A stretch of 64,000 bases of DNA from Mobula hypostoma (GCF_963921235.1 NC_086097.1:176764001-176828000), one strand, 5' to 3'. Shown: positions 37,281-50,510, counted from the first letter of the stretch. Translations and numbers: made by a program. The notes: a model not told the origin generated them from the letters alone.

Positions 37281-39836
37281 GGATAGGAAGTTGCACAGAT
37301 GTGGGAGAAAGAATAGCAGGAAAAATAATACTGGTGGGATAATTCTACTTGAGCTAGCATGGACACGCTCTGCTAAATGCTCTCCTTGTTATTGTTAGTG
37401 TTATTGTAAAGTTAAGATAGTTTGATAAAGAGCTATATAACAGAACCAGGGGTCAGAGAAAGAGTGTTTACAAATGACATTCCAGTCCTCCATCCCTCTG
37501 GAAGTACTTTAAGTTCAACAGAGACTTTCCAGTATGGAGGGCAAACCAGTGAAGAGAGAGAGTGAGAGCAATGGAGGTGGTGGGGGTGGGGGAGCCCCAG
37601 AGTTTAGGTCTTGAACACACAGCCACTAATCGTGAATCGCCCTAGGAGGGTTGAGTGAAGTCTAGTGCCGGGAATAAGCTGCAAGGTCACGGACTCTCTG
37701 AGGTTCTCCCTATGACCGTGTCCCTATCATATAACCTTCTTCCCCAGCTAAATGCAGCACTATTCATCACAGACAGTCTGCCACCTGATGTAGTACTCAG
37801 CAGGAAAAAGCAGCACTGCTCCTGCCTCCCTGATGAAATGAGAGGTTTACACTAAATATTTGATGCATTCTGAAAAGATCAGACAGGAGCACGGAGACAC
37901 ATTCCCGATGCATTAAGTCATCTTGAGGCTCATTTCAGAGGCAGCAGAAACGTTCCATGGAAGTAAAATATATTCCATGTATTATGCATGAGAATGATAA
38001 CAAGTCCCTCTCTACCTTACAATCTACAGTATATCCGCGGGGTTGCAGAGGCACTGCATTATAAAACTCACCAGCAGTTTCTCTGTTTCCCTTATGCTAA
38101 CTTGCAATGATTCCTGTTCACCCCCACTGTCTGCTAACACAGTTACAACTCTTCCCGTCCAGGTTATAAAAACTCATCAATTTATAATTCTCCTCTTTGT
38201 TTTCAAATCCCTCCCTCGCCTCCCACTCTCACAGACACAGCAACCTCTCACAATCTCTCCGATCACAGGGAGGCTACAGAAATCAGATCTGTATTCACTG
38301 GTTCTCAGACAAATAAGGGCTGATCTTCTTGAAATACATAAAATCCCAAGGGTTCATGAGGGGATAAATGTTACAATGCCACTAAGCTAGAAAGAGTTCA
38401 GAGGACATTTATGAGGACTCGAGGGACCGAGTCATGGGGAGAGATGGAGGTGTATGCGATTTCTTTAAATTTGTAGCATAGCAGAATGAGGGTGATCTTA
38501 CAGAGCTGTCTAAAATCATGAAGGGCATGAAGATGATGACTGCTGATAGTCTTCTTCTCAGGGTTGGGGAATCATGAACTAGAAGGCACGGATTGATGGT
38601 GAAAGGGTAGATGCTTAACAGGAACGTAAGGGGCAACTTGTTCACACAGAAAGTGCTCAGAACATACTGTGAACTGCCAAAAGAAATGGTTGAGGCCAGC
38701 TCAACATTTAAAAGGCAATTGAATGGGAAGGGTTTATAGGGATACAGAAAACACAGGTAAATGGGACCAGTTAGATGTGAGTTTTGGTCAGCCTGGACCA
38801 GATGGGCTGAATGGCCTGTTTCTATGCTGTATGAGCCCATGACTCCTCTTTTACTTGTGGGAGAATCTCAAGCGAGGGGTCATAGTTTTCATTAGATTTA
38901 CTTAAAACTAAAGTGTATAGGAATGTCATTTGCCAGAGGATGGTGATTCTTCCCCAGAGGGTTATGGGGGTCATATTATGTGAAGTATTTAAGAAGGGAG
39001 TAGATATATATTTGTAAACTCTTGGAATTGAGGGCAGTGGGAAATTAACACAGAGGAGTAATCGAGAATGGGGTAGAACTGGACTCTCTGACGGTGGTGT
39101 CTGAAAAGAGGATGCTGTCCAAGTTGCATGCCATCTTGGACAATGTCTCCCATCCACTACATAATGTACTGGTTGGGCACAGGAGTACATTCAGCCAGAG
39201 ACTCATTCCACCGAGATGCAACACTGAGTGTCATAGGAAGTCATTCCTGCCTGTGGCCATCAAACTTTACAACTCCTCCCTTGGAGGGTCAGACACCCTG
39301 AGCCATTAGGCTGGTCCTGGACTTAATTCCATCTGGCATAATTTACATATTATTATTTAATTATTTATGGTTTTATATTGCTATATTTATACTCTATTCT
39401 TGGTTGGTGCAACTGTAATGAAACCCAATTTCCCTCGGGATCAATAAAGTATGTCTATCTATCTGTCTATCTAGAATTGATCACTTTGAAAGCCAGGGCA
39501 AGCTTGAGAGGCCGAGTGGCTTAATCCTGCTCCTGTCCTAGATTGTCCTCTATGAACTCCGTCTATACTTCTCGCCACCTCAGTAAAGAAACCATTACAA
39601 TTAAAGACCCCTCCCACCTAATTAAATACCTCTCCAAATGGGCAGAAGATATAAAAGCCTGAAAGCACACAGCACCAGACTCAAGGCCAGTTTCGATCCA
39701 CTGTCACCAGACTCCTGTATGAAAAGGTGGCTCTTGACTGCACAATCTGCCTTGCTGTGACCTTGCATTTCATTGTTCACCTGCATTGCAATTTCTTTGT
39801 CACTGTCACACTTTATTTTGCATTGTTACTGTTTTA

Positions 39837-40401
39837 CCTTAAAGTTATCATCGCCATGGTGGTAATAGGGACAAGCTCCCGCTACCTGTTAAATGCTCCC
39901 AATGGTCTGCGCCTCAAATAGCCTCTGACAACCCAGTCCAGCTCCTGGCCTTCATGTGTGGCTCAGTTACTGAACCCAGCGGAACTGTTTTCTACTGACA
40001 GGAGAAGGGGCAAAGGTGGGTTACTGGCACCTGAAAACCAGTCGCTTCGGGCAGATGGGGCTTGTCAGCTGTGGTTGGCAGCTCATCTAGGAGAAGGAAA
40101 ACTCTGATCTCAAACTCCATCTGCCTTGCAGCTATACCGACTCATGGGGAAGGTTTCGGGAGTAAACCCTGAGGGAAAAATCTGATGATGGAGTCCCTAA
40201 AGCCTATGTTATGTTCAATGCTGCAACACCACTGTTACCAAACTGTATTGGTCTCTGTCATTCCTTTGGGTTTATCAGATGCGTGGAGAGGGGGGGCTTG
40301 CTACATGGGCAACAGCTTACTCTCCATATCTTCCTGGCCAGGCTTGCGTATCTCGACAGCTCGGATGCAACATTCGTGGTGAACCTTGACTGACAGAGGC
40401 C
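39837..40401 (+). mobile_element. Non-autonomous RTE-like element, second copy
   Basis: Colinear with the reverse complement of 6151-6740. Confidence 0.75.
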
Positions 40402-41346
40402 CCACTCACTCTTTTGTTTTACCTTGTTCTGCCTGAGTGCATTGTGTAATGATTTGATTTATATGAACCGCTTTACCTCTGTACATGTGACAATAATAAA
40501 CCAATAGCAATTCTCTGATAATGTTATGAGAGAGGAATGCCCACTGGTAGCTGTGCAGTTTCTCACTTCCGAGTGAATGTAAGAGAAAGAAGAGCAATTT
40601 ATTGTAGAAATTCTCCCAGACATCCAAGGACCAATATTTACCCCTTCTGTCAACACTGCAAGAGATTATATGGCTGATATCGTGCTGTGTTTCGTGTGAG
40701 CTTACTCAGTGCAATTTGGCTGCTGTGCTTTCAACTTTGCAATAATTATTCCACTTCCAAGGTAGTTCATTGGCTCTACAAAGTTCAAGGGCATCCTGAA
40801 TGTGAAGGTCTTACCCATTCTGTCTCCACTTGTTCTTCTCAGTCAGCTCAGATCGGGCCTGATTAGGGACAACTTCACCACAATTATCCACAACACTGGT
40901 GTCCCACAAGGTTGGTCCTCAGCCTGCTACTGTACTCCCTGTACACTTGTGACTTTGTGGACTAATTCTGATTCAGCTCCACCTACAAGTTTACAGGTGA
41001 TGCAGCCATAGTGGACCCAATCTTGAATAACGATGAGTTGGAATACAGGAAGTAGATAGAGAGCATAATAACATGATAACATGAAAATAATCTTTCCTTC
41101 AATGTCAACAAAATAAAAGAGCTGGTCATTGACTTCTGTGTGTGGGATGGATGGACAGTATTTGCAACCATTCCTTTTTACTTCAATGCTCTGAGGCCAA
41201 GAGGGCTGACAGCTTCAAGTTCCAAGGGGAGAACATTTCAACTATGTAGGACACGAGGAATTCTGCAGATGCTGGAAATTCAAGCAACACACATCAAAGT
41301 TTCTGGTGAATGCAGCAGGCCAGGCAGCATCTCTAGGAAGAGGTAC

Positions 41347-41382
41347 AGTCGACGTTTCAGGCCGAGACCCTTCGTCAGGACT
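41347..41382 (-). ncRNA. Minimal hammerhead ribozyme motif (inverted pseudo-LTR)
   Basis: Minus strand reads AGUC-CUGACGA-AGG(gucucgg)CCU-GAAA-CGUC-GACU. Confidence 0.78.
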
Positions 41383-43334
41383 AACTGAAGGAAGAGTGAA
41401 TAAGAGATTTGAAAGTGGGAGGGGGAAGGGAGATCCAAAATGATAGGAGAAGACAGGAGGGGGAGGGATGGAGCCAACAGCTGGACAGGTGATTGGCAAA
41501 AGGGATACGAGAGGATCATGGGACAGGAGGCCCAGGGAGAAGGAAAAGGGGGAGGGGGCTCCTGCCCACCGAACTCGCTTCTGTATACCTCGACACAGTT
41601 TTATCCCCCTTGTTCAATCCCTTCCCACCTATGTTCGTGACACTTCTCACGTTCTCAAACTTTTCGATGATTTTAAGTTCCCTGGCCCCACCACTTTATT
41701 TTCACCATGGATGTCCAGTCCCTGTATACTTCCAACCCCCGTCAGGAAGGTCTCAAAGCTCTCCGCTTCTTTTTGGATTCCAGACCTAATCAGTTCCCCT
41801 CTACCACCACTCTGCTCCGTCTAGCGGAATTAGTCCTTACTCTTAATAATTTCTCCTTTGGCTGCTCCCACTTCCTCCAAACTAAAACTATGCCTGTCTT
41901 TTTGTTGGCTTTGTGGAACAATCTATGCTCTGTGCCTATTCTGGTATCTGTCCCCCACTTTTCCTTCGCTACATTGACGACTGTATTGGCGCTGCTTCCT
42001 GCATGCATGCTGAGCTCGTTGACTTCATTAACTTTGCCTCCAACTTTCACCCTGCCCTCAAGTTTACCTGGTCCATTTCCGACACCTCCCTCCCCTTTCT
42101 AGACCTTTCTGTCTCTGTCTCTGGAGACAGCTTATCTACTGATGTCTACTATAAGCCTACTGATTCTCACAGCTATCTGGACTATTCCTCTTTTCACCCT
42201 GTCTCTTGCAAAAATGCCATCCCCTTCTCGCAATTCCTCCGTCTCTGCCGCATCTGCTCTCAGGATGAGGCTTTTCATTCTAGGACGAGGGAGATGTCCT
42301 CCTTTTTTAAAGAAAGGGGCTTTCCTTCCTCCACCATCAACTCTGCTCTCAAACGCATCTCCCCCATTTCACGCACATCTGCTCTCACTCCATCCTCCCG
42401 TCACCCCACTAGGAATAGGGTTCCCCTGGTCCTCACCTACCACCCCACCAGCCTCCTGGTCCAACATATTATTCTACATAACTTCCGCCACCTCCAACAG
42501 GATCCCACCACTAAGCACATCTTTCCCTCCCCCCCCCCGCATTCTGCAGGGATCGCTCCCTACGCAACTCCCTTGTCCATTCATCCCTCCCATCCCTCCC
42601 CACTGATCTCCCTCCTGGCACTTATCCTTGTAAGCGGAACAAGTGCTACACATGCCCTTACACTTCCTCCCTTACCAGCATTCAGAGCCCTAGACAATCC
42701 TTCCAGGTGAGGCGACACTTCACCTGTGAGTCAGCTGGGGTGATATACTGCATCCGGTGCTCCCGATGTGGCCTTCTATATATTGGCGAGACCCGACGCA
42801 GACTGGGAGACTGCTTTGTTGAACACCAACGCTCTGTTTGCCAGAGAAAGCAGGATCTCCCAGTGGCCACACATTTTAATTCCACATCCCATTCCCATTC
42901 TGATATGTCTATCCACGGCCTCCTCTACTGTAAAGATGAAGCCACACTCAGGTTGGAGGAACAACACCTTATATTCCATCTGGGTAGCCTCCAACCTGAT
43001 GGCATGAACATTGACTTCTCTAACTTCCGCTAATGCCCCACCTCCCCCTCGTACCCCATCCGTTGTTTATTTATATACACACACATTTTTTCTCTCTCTC
43101 TCCTTTTTCTCCCTCTGTCCCTCTGACTATACCCCTTGCCCATCCTCTGGGTTTTTCCCCCCTCCCCCTTTTCCTTCTCCCTGGGCCTCCTGTCCCATGA
43201 TCCTCTCATATCTCTTTTGCCAATCACCTGTCCAGCTCTTGGCTCCATCCCTCCCCCTCCTGTCTTCTCCTATCGTTTTGGATCTCCCCCTCCCCCTCCC
43301 ACTTTCAAATCTCTTACTAGCTCTTCCTTCAGTT

Positions 43335-43370
43335 AGTCCTGACGAAGGGTCTCAGCCCGAAACGTCAACT
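43335..43370 (+). ncRNA. Minimal hammerhead ribozyme motif (3' pseudo-LTR), stem I mismatch
   Basis: AGUC-CUGACGA-A-GGG(ucucag)CCC-GAAA-CGUC-AACU. Confidence 0.7.
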
Positions 43371-43428
43371 GTACCTCTTCCTAGAGATGCTGCCTGGCCT
43401 GCTGCGTTCACCAGCAACTTTGATGTGT

Positions 43429-43987
43429 CAGCTATGTGGAACCCTGGTCAGACCCCACTTGGAGTACTGTGCTCAGTTCTGGTCACCTCACTACAGGAAG
43501 GATGTGGAAACCATAGAAAGGGTCAGAGGAGATTTACAAGGATCCTGGATTAGGGAGCATGCCTTATGAGAATAGGTTGAGTGAACTTGGCCTTTCCTCC
43601 TTGGAGTGACGGAGGATGAGAGGTGACCTGATAGAGGTGTATAAGTTGATGAGAGGCATTGATTGTGTGGATAGTCAAAGGCTTTTTCCCAGGGCTGAAA
43701 TGGCTAACATGAGGGGGTGCAGTTTTAAGGTGCTTGGAAGTAGGTACAGAGGGGATGCCGGGTAGGTTTTTTACGCAGAGAGTGGTGAGTGCATGGAGTG
43801 GGCTGCCGGCGATGGTGGTGGGGCTGGGTACAATAGGATCTTTTAAGAGACTTCTGGATAGGTACAGGGAGCTTAGAAAAATAGAGCCTCAGTAAGCTTC
43901 GGTAATTTCGAAAGTACATGTCCGTCACAGCATTGTGGGCCGAAAGGCCTGTATTGTGCTGTAGGTTTTCTATGTTTTTATGTTTCT
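43429..43987 (+). mobile_element. Young CR1 3' fragment, itself inserted in a Rex fragment (40860-41237 and 43988-44310)
   Basis: TLVRPHLEYCAQFWSPHYRKD and a CR1 tail. 'aacat' is duplicated at both Rex junctions. Confidence 0.85.
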
Positions 43988-44889
43988 AACATCACCAATA
44001 GCCTGTCGTGATCCAATCACATCAACAACATGATCAAGAAATCGCACCAGTGCTTCTGTTTCCTCAGGTTGTTAAAGAAATTTGGCATGTCACCTTTGAC
44101 CTTAGCTAACTTTTATTGATACGCCTATTTGGATGCATCGCAACTTGGTGTGAGAATTGCTCTGTCTGTGACCACAAACAAATGACAGAGAGGTGTGGAC
44201 ACAGCTCAGCACATCACAGAAACTAGTTCCCCCCTACCCCACCCCAGTGATCCTATCCTCACTTCTCGCAGTCTTGCTAAAACAGCCAAAATAATCAAAG
44301 ACATCACCCAGCCTGGTCGACCATTTGGGTTGGAGGAGTGTCTATGTGCGTGCGTGGGTGGGTCAGACGGAAGAATGGGGCTTCTTTTGCTAATGTTGTT
44401 TTGCCACTTGTTGTGTTCCTCATTCTGCTGAGCATAGTACGCATGCTATGTTGGCGCTGGAATGTGGGTCGATACTTGTCGGCTGCCTCTAGCACATGCT
44501 TGGGTGTGATGTTTGTTAACACAAACAACGCATTTCACTGTGGTTTTTGATGCACATAGGATAAATAAATCTGAATCTAAATTTGGACTTTCTCTTTTAT
44601 ACCCCCTCCCGTGAGGTAGGAATTACAAAAGACAGAAAACACGTACCACCAGGCTCTGTCCTGCTGTTATAAGACCACTGAACAGCCCTTTAGATAGAAT
44701 CTTGATCTCATAATCTGCCTCGTTATTGTCTTGTATCTTAATATGCATTCTTATTCTCTAGTCTTACTTCCATAAGACATAGGAACAGAATTAGGCCACT
44801 TGGCCCATCAAGCCTGCTCTGCCATTCAATCATGGCTGATCCTTTTTATCCCCTCTTCAGCCCCACCTACCGGCCTTCTCCCCATAGCC

Positions 44890-45197
44890 TAAAGACACAG
44901 ACTAAAGAATGCGAATTTAAACAAAGATGAAGATCTCACTCTAAGTAAGAACTGGAATTTGATTCCAGTTGTAAACAAGGTGAGACAGCAGAAACCTGAT
45001 TGGTTGAGAACTAACCCATCAGGAGGGATGGATGAGGGGGATATAAATACCACCGGACTAGACATGCCCAGGCATCATCCCTGATGAAGATGGTAGAGTT
45101 TGTCATTGAAAAATCAGCTAAAATCGATACCTGTACCTGGCCGGCAGCCCGAGAAGAGTTTGTTCATCATATACACTGGGATAGCACCAGATCCTTA
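44890..45197 (+). mobile_element. 3' end of a second Penelope lineage (Poseidon-like) with degenerate hammerhead
   Basis: NLNKDEDLTLSKNW resembles the Poseidon GIY-YIG C-terminus. TATAAATA, then CTGATGA (45081), a stem and GAAA (45108). Downstream 'cccgagaagagttt' motif. Confidence 0.65.
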
Positions 45198-47399
45198 ATG
45201 AAAGTGAAGCTTTTCACCATACCTCAGTACATGTGGTAATAAAAATAAACCGCACCAAATCACCCACAGAAACTGCCTGACCTGCTGGATTATTCCAGAG
45301 GATTGTTTTGTGTCTATAGCTTAGATGGACATTTTGGTTCGCATGGACAAGTTGGGCTAAAGAGCCTGCTCTTATGCTGCATGATCCCCTGAATCTATAA
45401 CTTTAATTCAACCTGCAAGTCCATGGACTGAGAACTGGAAACTGGGATTAGGCTCGGGAGGTCTTTGTTGGTTCAAGTTACCAGAAGACCCAAATTATCT
45501 CCTTCATTGCCTTAAGTTTCCATGAACTTTTCCATCACTGAAACCAAACCCTTCCTTTAGGCCTGTTCAAGATCAATGCGCTCGGCACTCTTGAACATGG
45601 AATAAACTAACATCAAACCAATAGATTCGAAGAAACATTGCCCAGCAAGCAAAGTCCCTGGAGATTTGTCAGTTGCATTTTTTTGGAAAATAAAATGCTT
45701 GTTCCAAGGCCTCCATCAACTTATGTTCTGTGCTGGAACCATTACTTGTGAAGAATGGAGGGGGTGGTCAGACATTAAAATTATGCCCACAGGCAGATTG
45801 ACACACACATAACTGCCTTGAAACTGTTTTGTACAGCATAATGCATGATTCAGTTTCAACAAAAAAATAAGATGTGTTGAAAAATTGGGATGAAACTATC
45901 GGAAGAGCATGACTGATTTGAAGAGGACGCTGAACAGATTCAACAGGATGTCAGAATCAGAATCAGATTCAGGTTTATTGCAAATGACATCTGTTGTGAA
46001 ATTTGTTGTTTTCACAGCCGCAGTACAGTCAAGACATATAAATTACAGAAAATTACAACAAAATAAATAAATAGTGCAAATGAAAAAACAACAAACTAGT
46101 GTTCATGGGTTCAGAGTCTGTTCCGGAGTTTCTTGTGGGAGGAGAAAAAGCTGCTTCTAAATCTTTGAGTGTGGTTCTTCAGTCTCCTGTATCTAACTCC
46201 CCCCCCCACCCCAACGAAGGTAGTACAAAGAAGATGGCATGTCCTGGATGGTGAGGGTCTTAGTGACGGATGCAACCCTCTTGAGGCACTGCCTTTTAAA
46301 GATGTCATCGATGGTGGGGTTACTGTCTGGGATGGAGCATTTTAGCTATAAGAGACTGGAGATGCGGTGTCTCTTTTCCCTGGAGCAAAGCGGGCTAAGG
46401 GGGAATATGTTTGAAGTATATAAAATTATGAGGGTACGAGGGCTAAAGATAGGGTAGACTGGAGGAAATGTTTTCCATAACAGAGGTGAATAAAACTAGA
46501 GGCCATAAATTTAAAAGATATCTGAGGAAGTATCTTTCACACCCAGAGAGTGGTGAGTACCTGGAACATACTGATGGAGAGCATGGTGTTCAGCAGAGTA
46601 ATTGACACTGTTTAAGAAGTGTCTAGAGAGGTACTTGAAACTCTCAGGGATAAAACCGGTAAATTGGTAAACTACTTTATTATTGTCACCTATAACTGGG
46701 AACAATGAAAAACTTGACTTGCATACCATTCATATGGTGCATTGAGGTAGTACAAAGTCGCAATAACCAAATGCAAAATGAAGTATTACAGTAACAGAGA
46801 AAGTTCAGTGCAGGCAGACAATAAGATGCAATGTCATAACAGCTTGATTTTGAAGCCAAGAGTCCATTTTATCATATTAGAGAACAGCAATTTCAAGTTC
46901 CTGGGTGCCAATAACTCTGGACCTAACCTGGTCCCAACATATTGATGCAGCTATAAAGAAGGCAAGACAATGGCTATATTTCATTAGGAGTTTGAGGAAA
47001 TTTGGTTTGTCACCTAAAACACTCAAATACATCTAGAGATTTGCATGGAGAATATTCTGACAGGCTGCATCACAGCCTGGTATGGAGAGTGGTATGCACA
47101 GGATCAAAGTAAGATGCACAGAGTTGTAAGATTAGTCAGCTCCATCCTGGCTACTAGCCGCCATAGTGTCCAGGACATCTTCAAGGAACGGTGCCTCTGA
47201 AATGTGGCATCCATCATTAAGGACCTCCACCACCCAGGACATGCCCTCTTCTCATTGTTACCATCAGGTAGGAGGTACAGAAGCCTGGAGGTACACACTC
47301 AGTAATTCAGGAATAGCTTTTACCCCCCTGCCATCTGATTTCTAAATGGACATTAAACCCAAGAACACTACATCACTACTTTTTTATTTCTGTTTTTGC

Positions 47400-48045
47400 A
47401 TGCTTGCCACAGTCATGGTCAGCAACAGTAACTGTGAGCCTTTTCAAGTTAGATCAGGAGTAAAACAGGGATACGTGATTGCCCCAACTTTGTTCACTAT
47501 CTTCACTGCGACAATCATCCATATCATCAAGGACAACCTACCCCCAGGAATTGAAATTGTCTACAGAACAGATGGCAGACTTTTCTATCTTGCCTGTCTC
47601 AAGTCCAAAACGAAGACATCCACGAGTTCCTTCATCGAGTTCCAACACGCTGATGACAACAGTGTTGCAGCTCTTTCAGAAAACCACCTACAACAGATTC
47701 TGACTGCCTTCAACCGTGCATACACAAAACTTGGACTTACCATCAATTCCAAGAAGACTCAGATCATCTATCAATCGTCACCAATTGAGACAAATTGGAT
47801 AGAGCCGTCAATTCAACTTGGCGAAATAACCCTGGAAAATGTGGACCACTTTCCGTAACTTGGAAGTCACCTCTCCTCCACTGTCGACCTTAATGACGGG
47901 ATCCAACATCATCTTAGATGCGCTGTAACAGCTTTTGGACGTCTCCAAACAAGAGTCTTTCATGATCATGACATCCAAACAGACACCAAAATGTTAGTGT
48001 ACAAAGCAGTGGTAATCCAAACGCTCCTGTATGCATCAGAAACCA
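47400..48045 (+). mobile_element. RTE-clade LINE internal RT fragment
   Basis: SGVKQGYVIAPTLF, YRTDGRLF, QHADD, GLTINSKKT and YKAVV..LLYASE. Confidence 0.88.
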
Positions 48046-48312
48046 GCACCTTTCCCATCACCGACATCAGGCTAACCGGTCTATAATTCCGTTTTCTCTC
48101 TTCCTCCCTTCTTGGAGAGGGACAACATTAGCCACCCTCCAATCCACAGGAACTGATCCTGAATCTATAGAACATTGGAAAATGATGACCAATGCGTCCA
48201 CGATTTCTAAAGCCACCTCCTTAAGTACCCTGGGATGCAGACCATCAGGTCCCGGGGACTTATCAGCCTTCAGACCCAACAGTTTATCCAACAACATTTC
48301 CTGCCTAATATA
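48045..48312 (-). mobile_element. Internal fragment of the young CR1 family
   Basis: Near-identical to 15570-15840 (KADKSPGPDGLHPRVLKEVALEI). Confidence 0.9.
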
Positions 48313-48812
48313 CTGTCACTGAGTGTCAGGTTGTTGCTGTGGCACCATTCCACTAGTTGGCATATCTCACTCCTATACATCCTCTCGTCACCACCTGAGA
48401 TGCTACGAACAATGGTTGTATCATCAGCAAATTTGTAGATGGTATTTGATCTATGCCTAGCCACATAGTCATGTGTATACAGAGAGTAGAGCAATGGGCT
48501 AAGCACACACCCCTGAGGTGCACCAGTGTTGATCGTCAGCAAGGAGGATATGTTATCACCAATCCACACAGACTGTGGTCTTCCAGTTAGGAAGTCGAGA
48601 GGAAGGTTCAGAGGGCCAGGTTCTGCAACTTCTCAATCAGGATTGTGGGAATGATGGTATTAAATGCTGAGCTATAGTCAATGAACAGCATCCTGACATA
48701 GATGTTTGTGTTGTATAGGTGGTCTAAAGCCGTGTGAAGAGCCATGGAGACTGCGTGTGCCATTGACCTGTTGTGACGATAGGCAGACTGCAATGGGTAC
48801 AGGTCCTTGGTG
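48313..48812 (-). mobile_element. Rex1/Babar internal RT fragment
   Basis: [34 protein letters not shown] and KFADDTT. Confidence 0.9.
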
Positions 48813-49317
48813 AGGCTTCTGATTCTGATTCTGATTCAATAGTCTTATGACAGCAGTATAGAATCTGTTCATGAGTCTGGTGGTACATGATTTTAGGGTT
48901 TTGTATTTTAAGACAGATGGGAGGGGTGAGAAGAGAGAATGTCTGGGGTGGGTGGTTTATTCCTGCTTTACTGAGGCAGTAAGAACTGTAGATAAAGTCC
49001 ATGGAGGGATGGCCGTTTTCTATGATGTGCCATAACTCACAAAGAAAGCTATAGCTAAGGTGCTGAAAGATGGGATTAAAATAGATTGCCTCCCACTGCT
49101 CAGTATGCATATGCTGGGCCAAATGGCCATTTTCCACAATGCATGGCAGTAGGATTCTGTAAAATCCATTCGTGCAAAATCTCAAAGTTTCCTTCATGAT
49201 CTTCTGTGTTACTGACGAACAAAAGTGTGTACATGGAAGTCAGAAGGACACAGTGGTGTCCAGCAGTGTGCAGAAGAGGTTTACCAGGATGCTGCCTGGA
49301 TTAGAGGGTATAAGCTC

Positions 49318-49631
49318 AAATCAAAGCAAATTCAAGCTTAATTATCATTCGTCCATACATAAATGCACCTGAACGAAACAGCTCTCCTCTGGAGCCAAGG
49401 TGCAAAACCTACGCAGCACGACACAGTACATGGCACTCTGTACATTCAAACACACAGACAGTTATGCAGTCGCTGAGTGGCATGTCCATAGACGAACACA
49501 CACATGCAATCCAGCTTGTCATTACACTGATGGAACACTGGAGGGCAGCACCAACAGGAGAGACCAGCCGCTAACCGAGCATGGACACCCCGCTACACCT
49601 GTCACTTCCTCTCCTGGATTGCAGCAGTAGG
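49318..49631 (-). mobile_element. SINE-like insertion in a CR1 fragment
   Basis: Splits 'ggtataagct|ataagaagag' with aagct duplicated. (tttga)n-like tail on the minus strand. Confidence 0.6.
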
Positions 49632-49790
49632 CAAGCTATAAGAAGAGATTGGACATATCCCTCCTCCTCTTTATACTATATCCCCTCTATCCACTTCCCA
49701 ATTCCCTCCACAGATGCTGTCTGATCTGCTGAGTTCCTGCAGCAGTTTGTGTGTAGCTCCAGATTCCAGCATCTGCAGATATCTATGTCT

Positions 49791-50510
49791 CCACGAATCT
49801 ATGCTGACACTCTTTGATCAGGTCTGACCATATTTTAGAATTCACTCTGATTCCACCATCAATAACTATGCTCTCCTGCAAGTTGAGTAATTTCAATGCT
49901 ATTGTTACACAGATCGAAGGAAAACAAGTCTACTGTAAAGAAGAATACTGTTCCTGTCCACAGTTACACAACGTCCAGGCCTCTGCTCACCAGGCCAGGG
50001 GAATCCATGTTATTAGTAGCTTCCCCGAGGAATAAAAGTTCAATTTGAGATGAAAATTACAGGCTGCAGACTGCCAACCTTGTCATTGTCACACAAGGAA
50101 GCAGTATGGGAAATCAACTCTGTGAAGATTGCACTGCACTGAATATTTTGGAACCTAATCAGTGGGGATGGAAGTAACTGTAAGAAGGAATATTATGATC
50201 TTAAATTCCTTCATTATTGATCGTCGTTTCTGGCAACCTCATTAAATTGAGAAACACATCTTTACTGTCTCACGTGCAGCCAAGTTTTATATGGATGTCC
50301 ATGTCTCTGTAATAACCTCCCACACACACAGCCTCAGCTGTCTGAGATATCCACATCCCTCCAGTTTTGACCTCTTCCACATCATAAATTTAATCACTCA
50401 TCAGTGCTTTGTGATTTAGTCTCTGATTTTTTATGTTACTCTGTCACATCCTGTCCTTTATTGCTAATGCACAATTTCCTGCAATTCCAGCCTCTTGTTC
50501 ATCCCCATTT
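49791..50510 (+). repeat. Left arm of diverged inverted repeat
   Basis: Colinear reverse-complement match to 52095-52874. Confidence 0.92.

Larger units (their letters stand above)
41252..43428 (+). mobile_element. Penelope-like element (Neptune type) with inverted 5' pseudo-LTR, partial RT, GIY-YIG and 3' pseudo-LTR
   Basis: MDVQSLYT, LRYIDD, FLDL, YYKPTDSHSYL and VIY..YIG motifs. Segment 41290-41557 is the reverse complement of 43160-43428. Degenerate TSD caactatgtaggac/cagctatgtggaac. Confidence 0.93.

Noticed and set aside
43011..43553. 180-aa ORF
   Set aside because: Low-complexity read-through of the pyrimidine-rich Penelope tail into a CR1.
45564..45597. Hairpin tgttcaaga...tcttgaaca
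   Set aside because: A 9-bp stem is expected by chance in 64 kb and is too short for a pre-miRNA.
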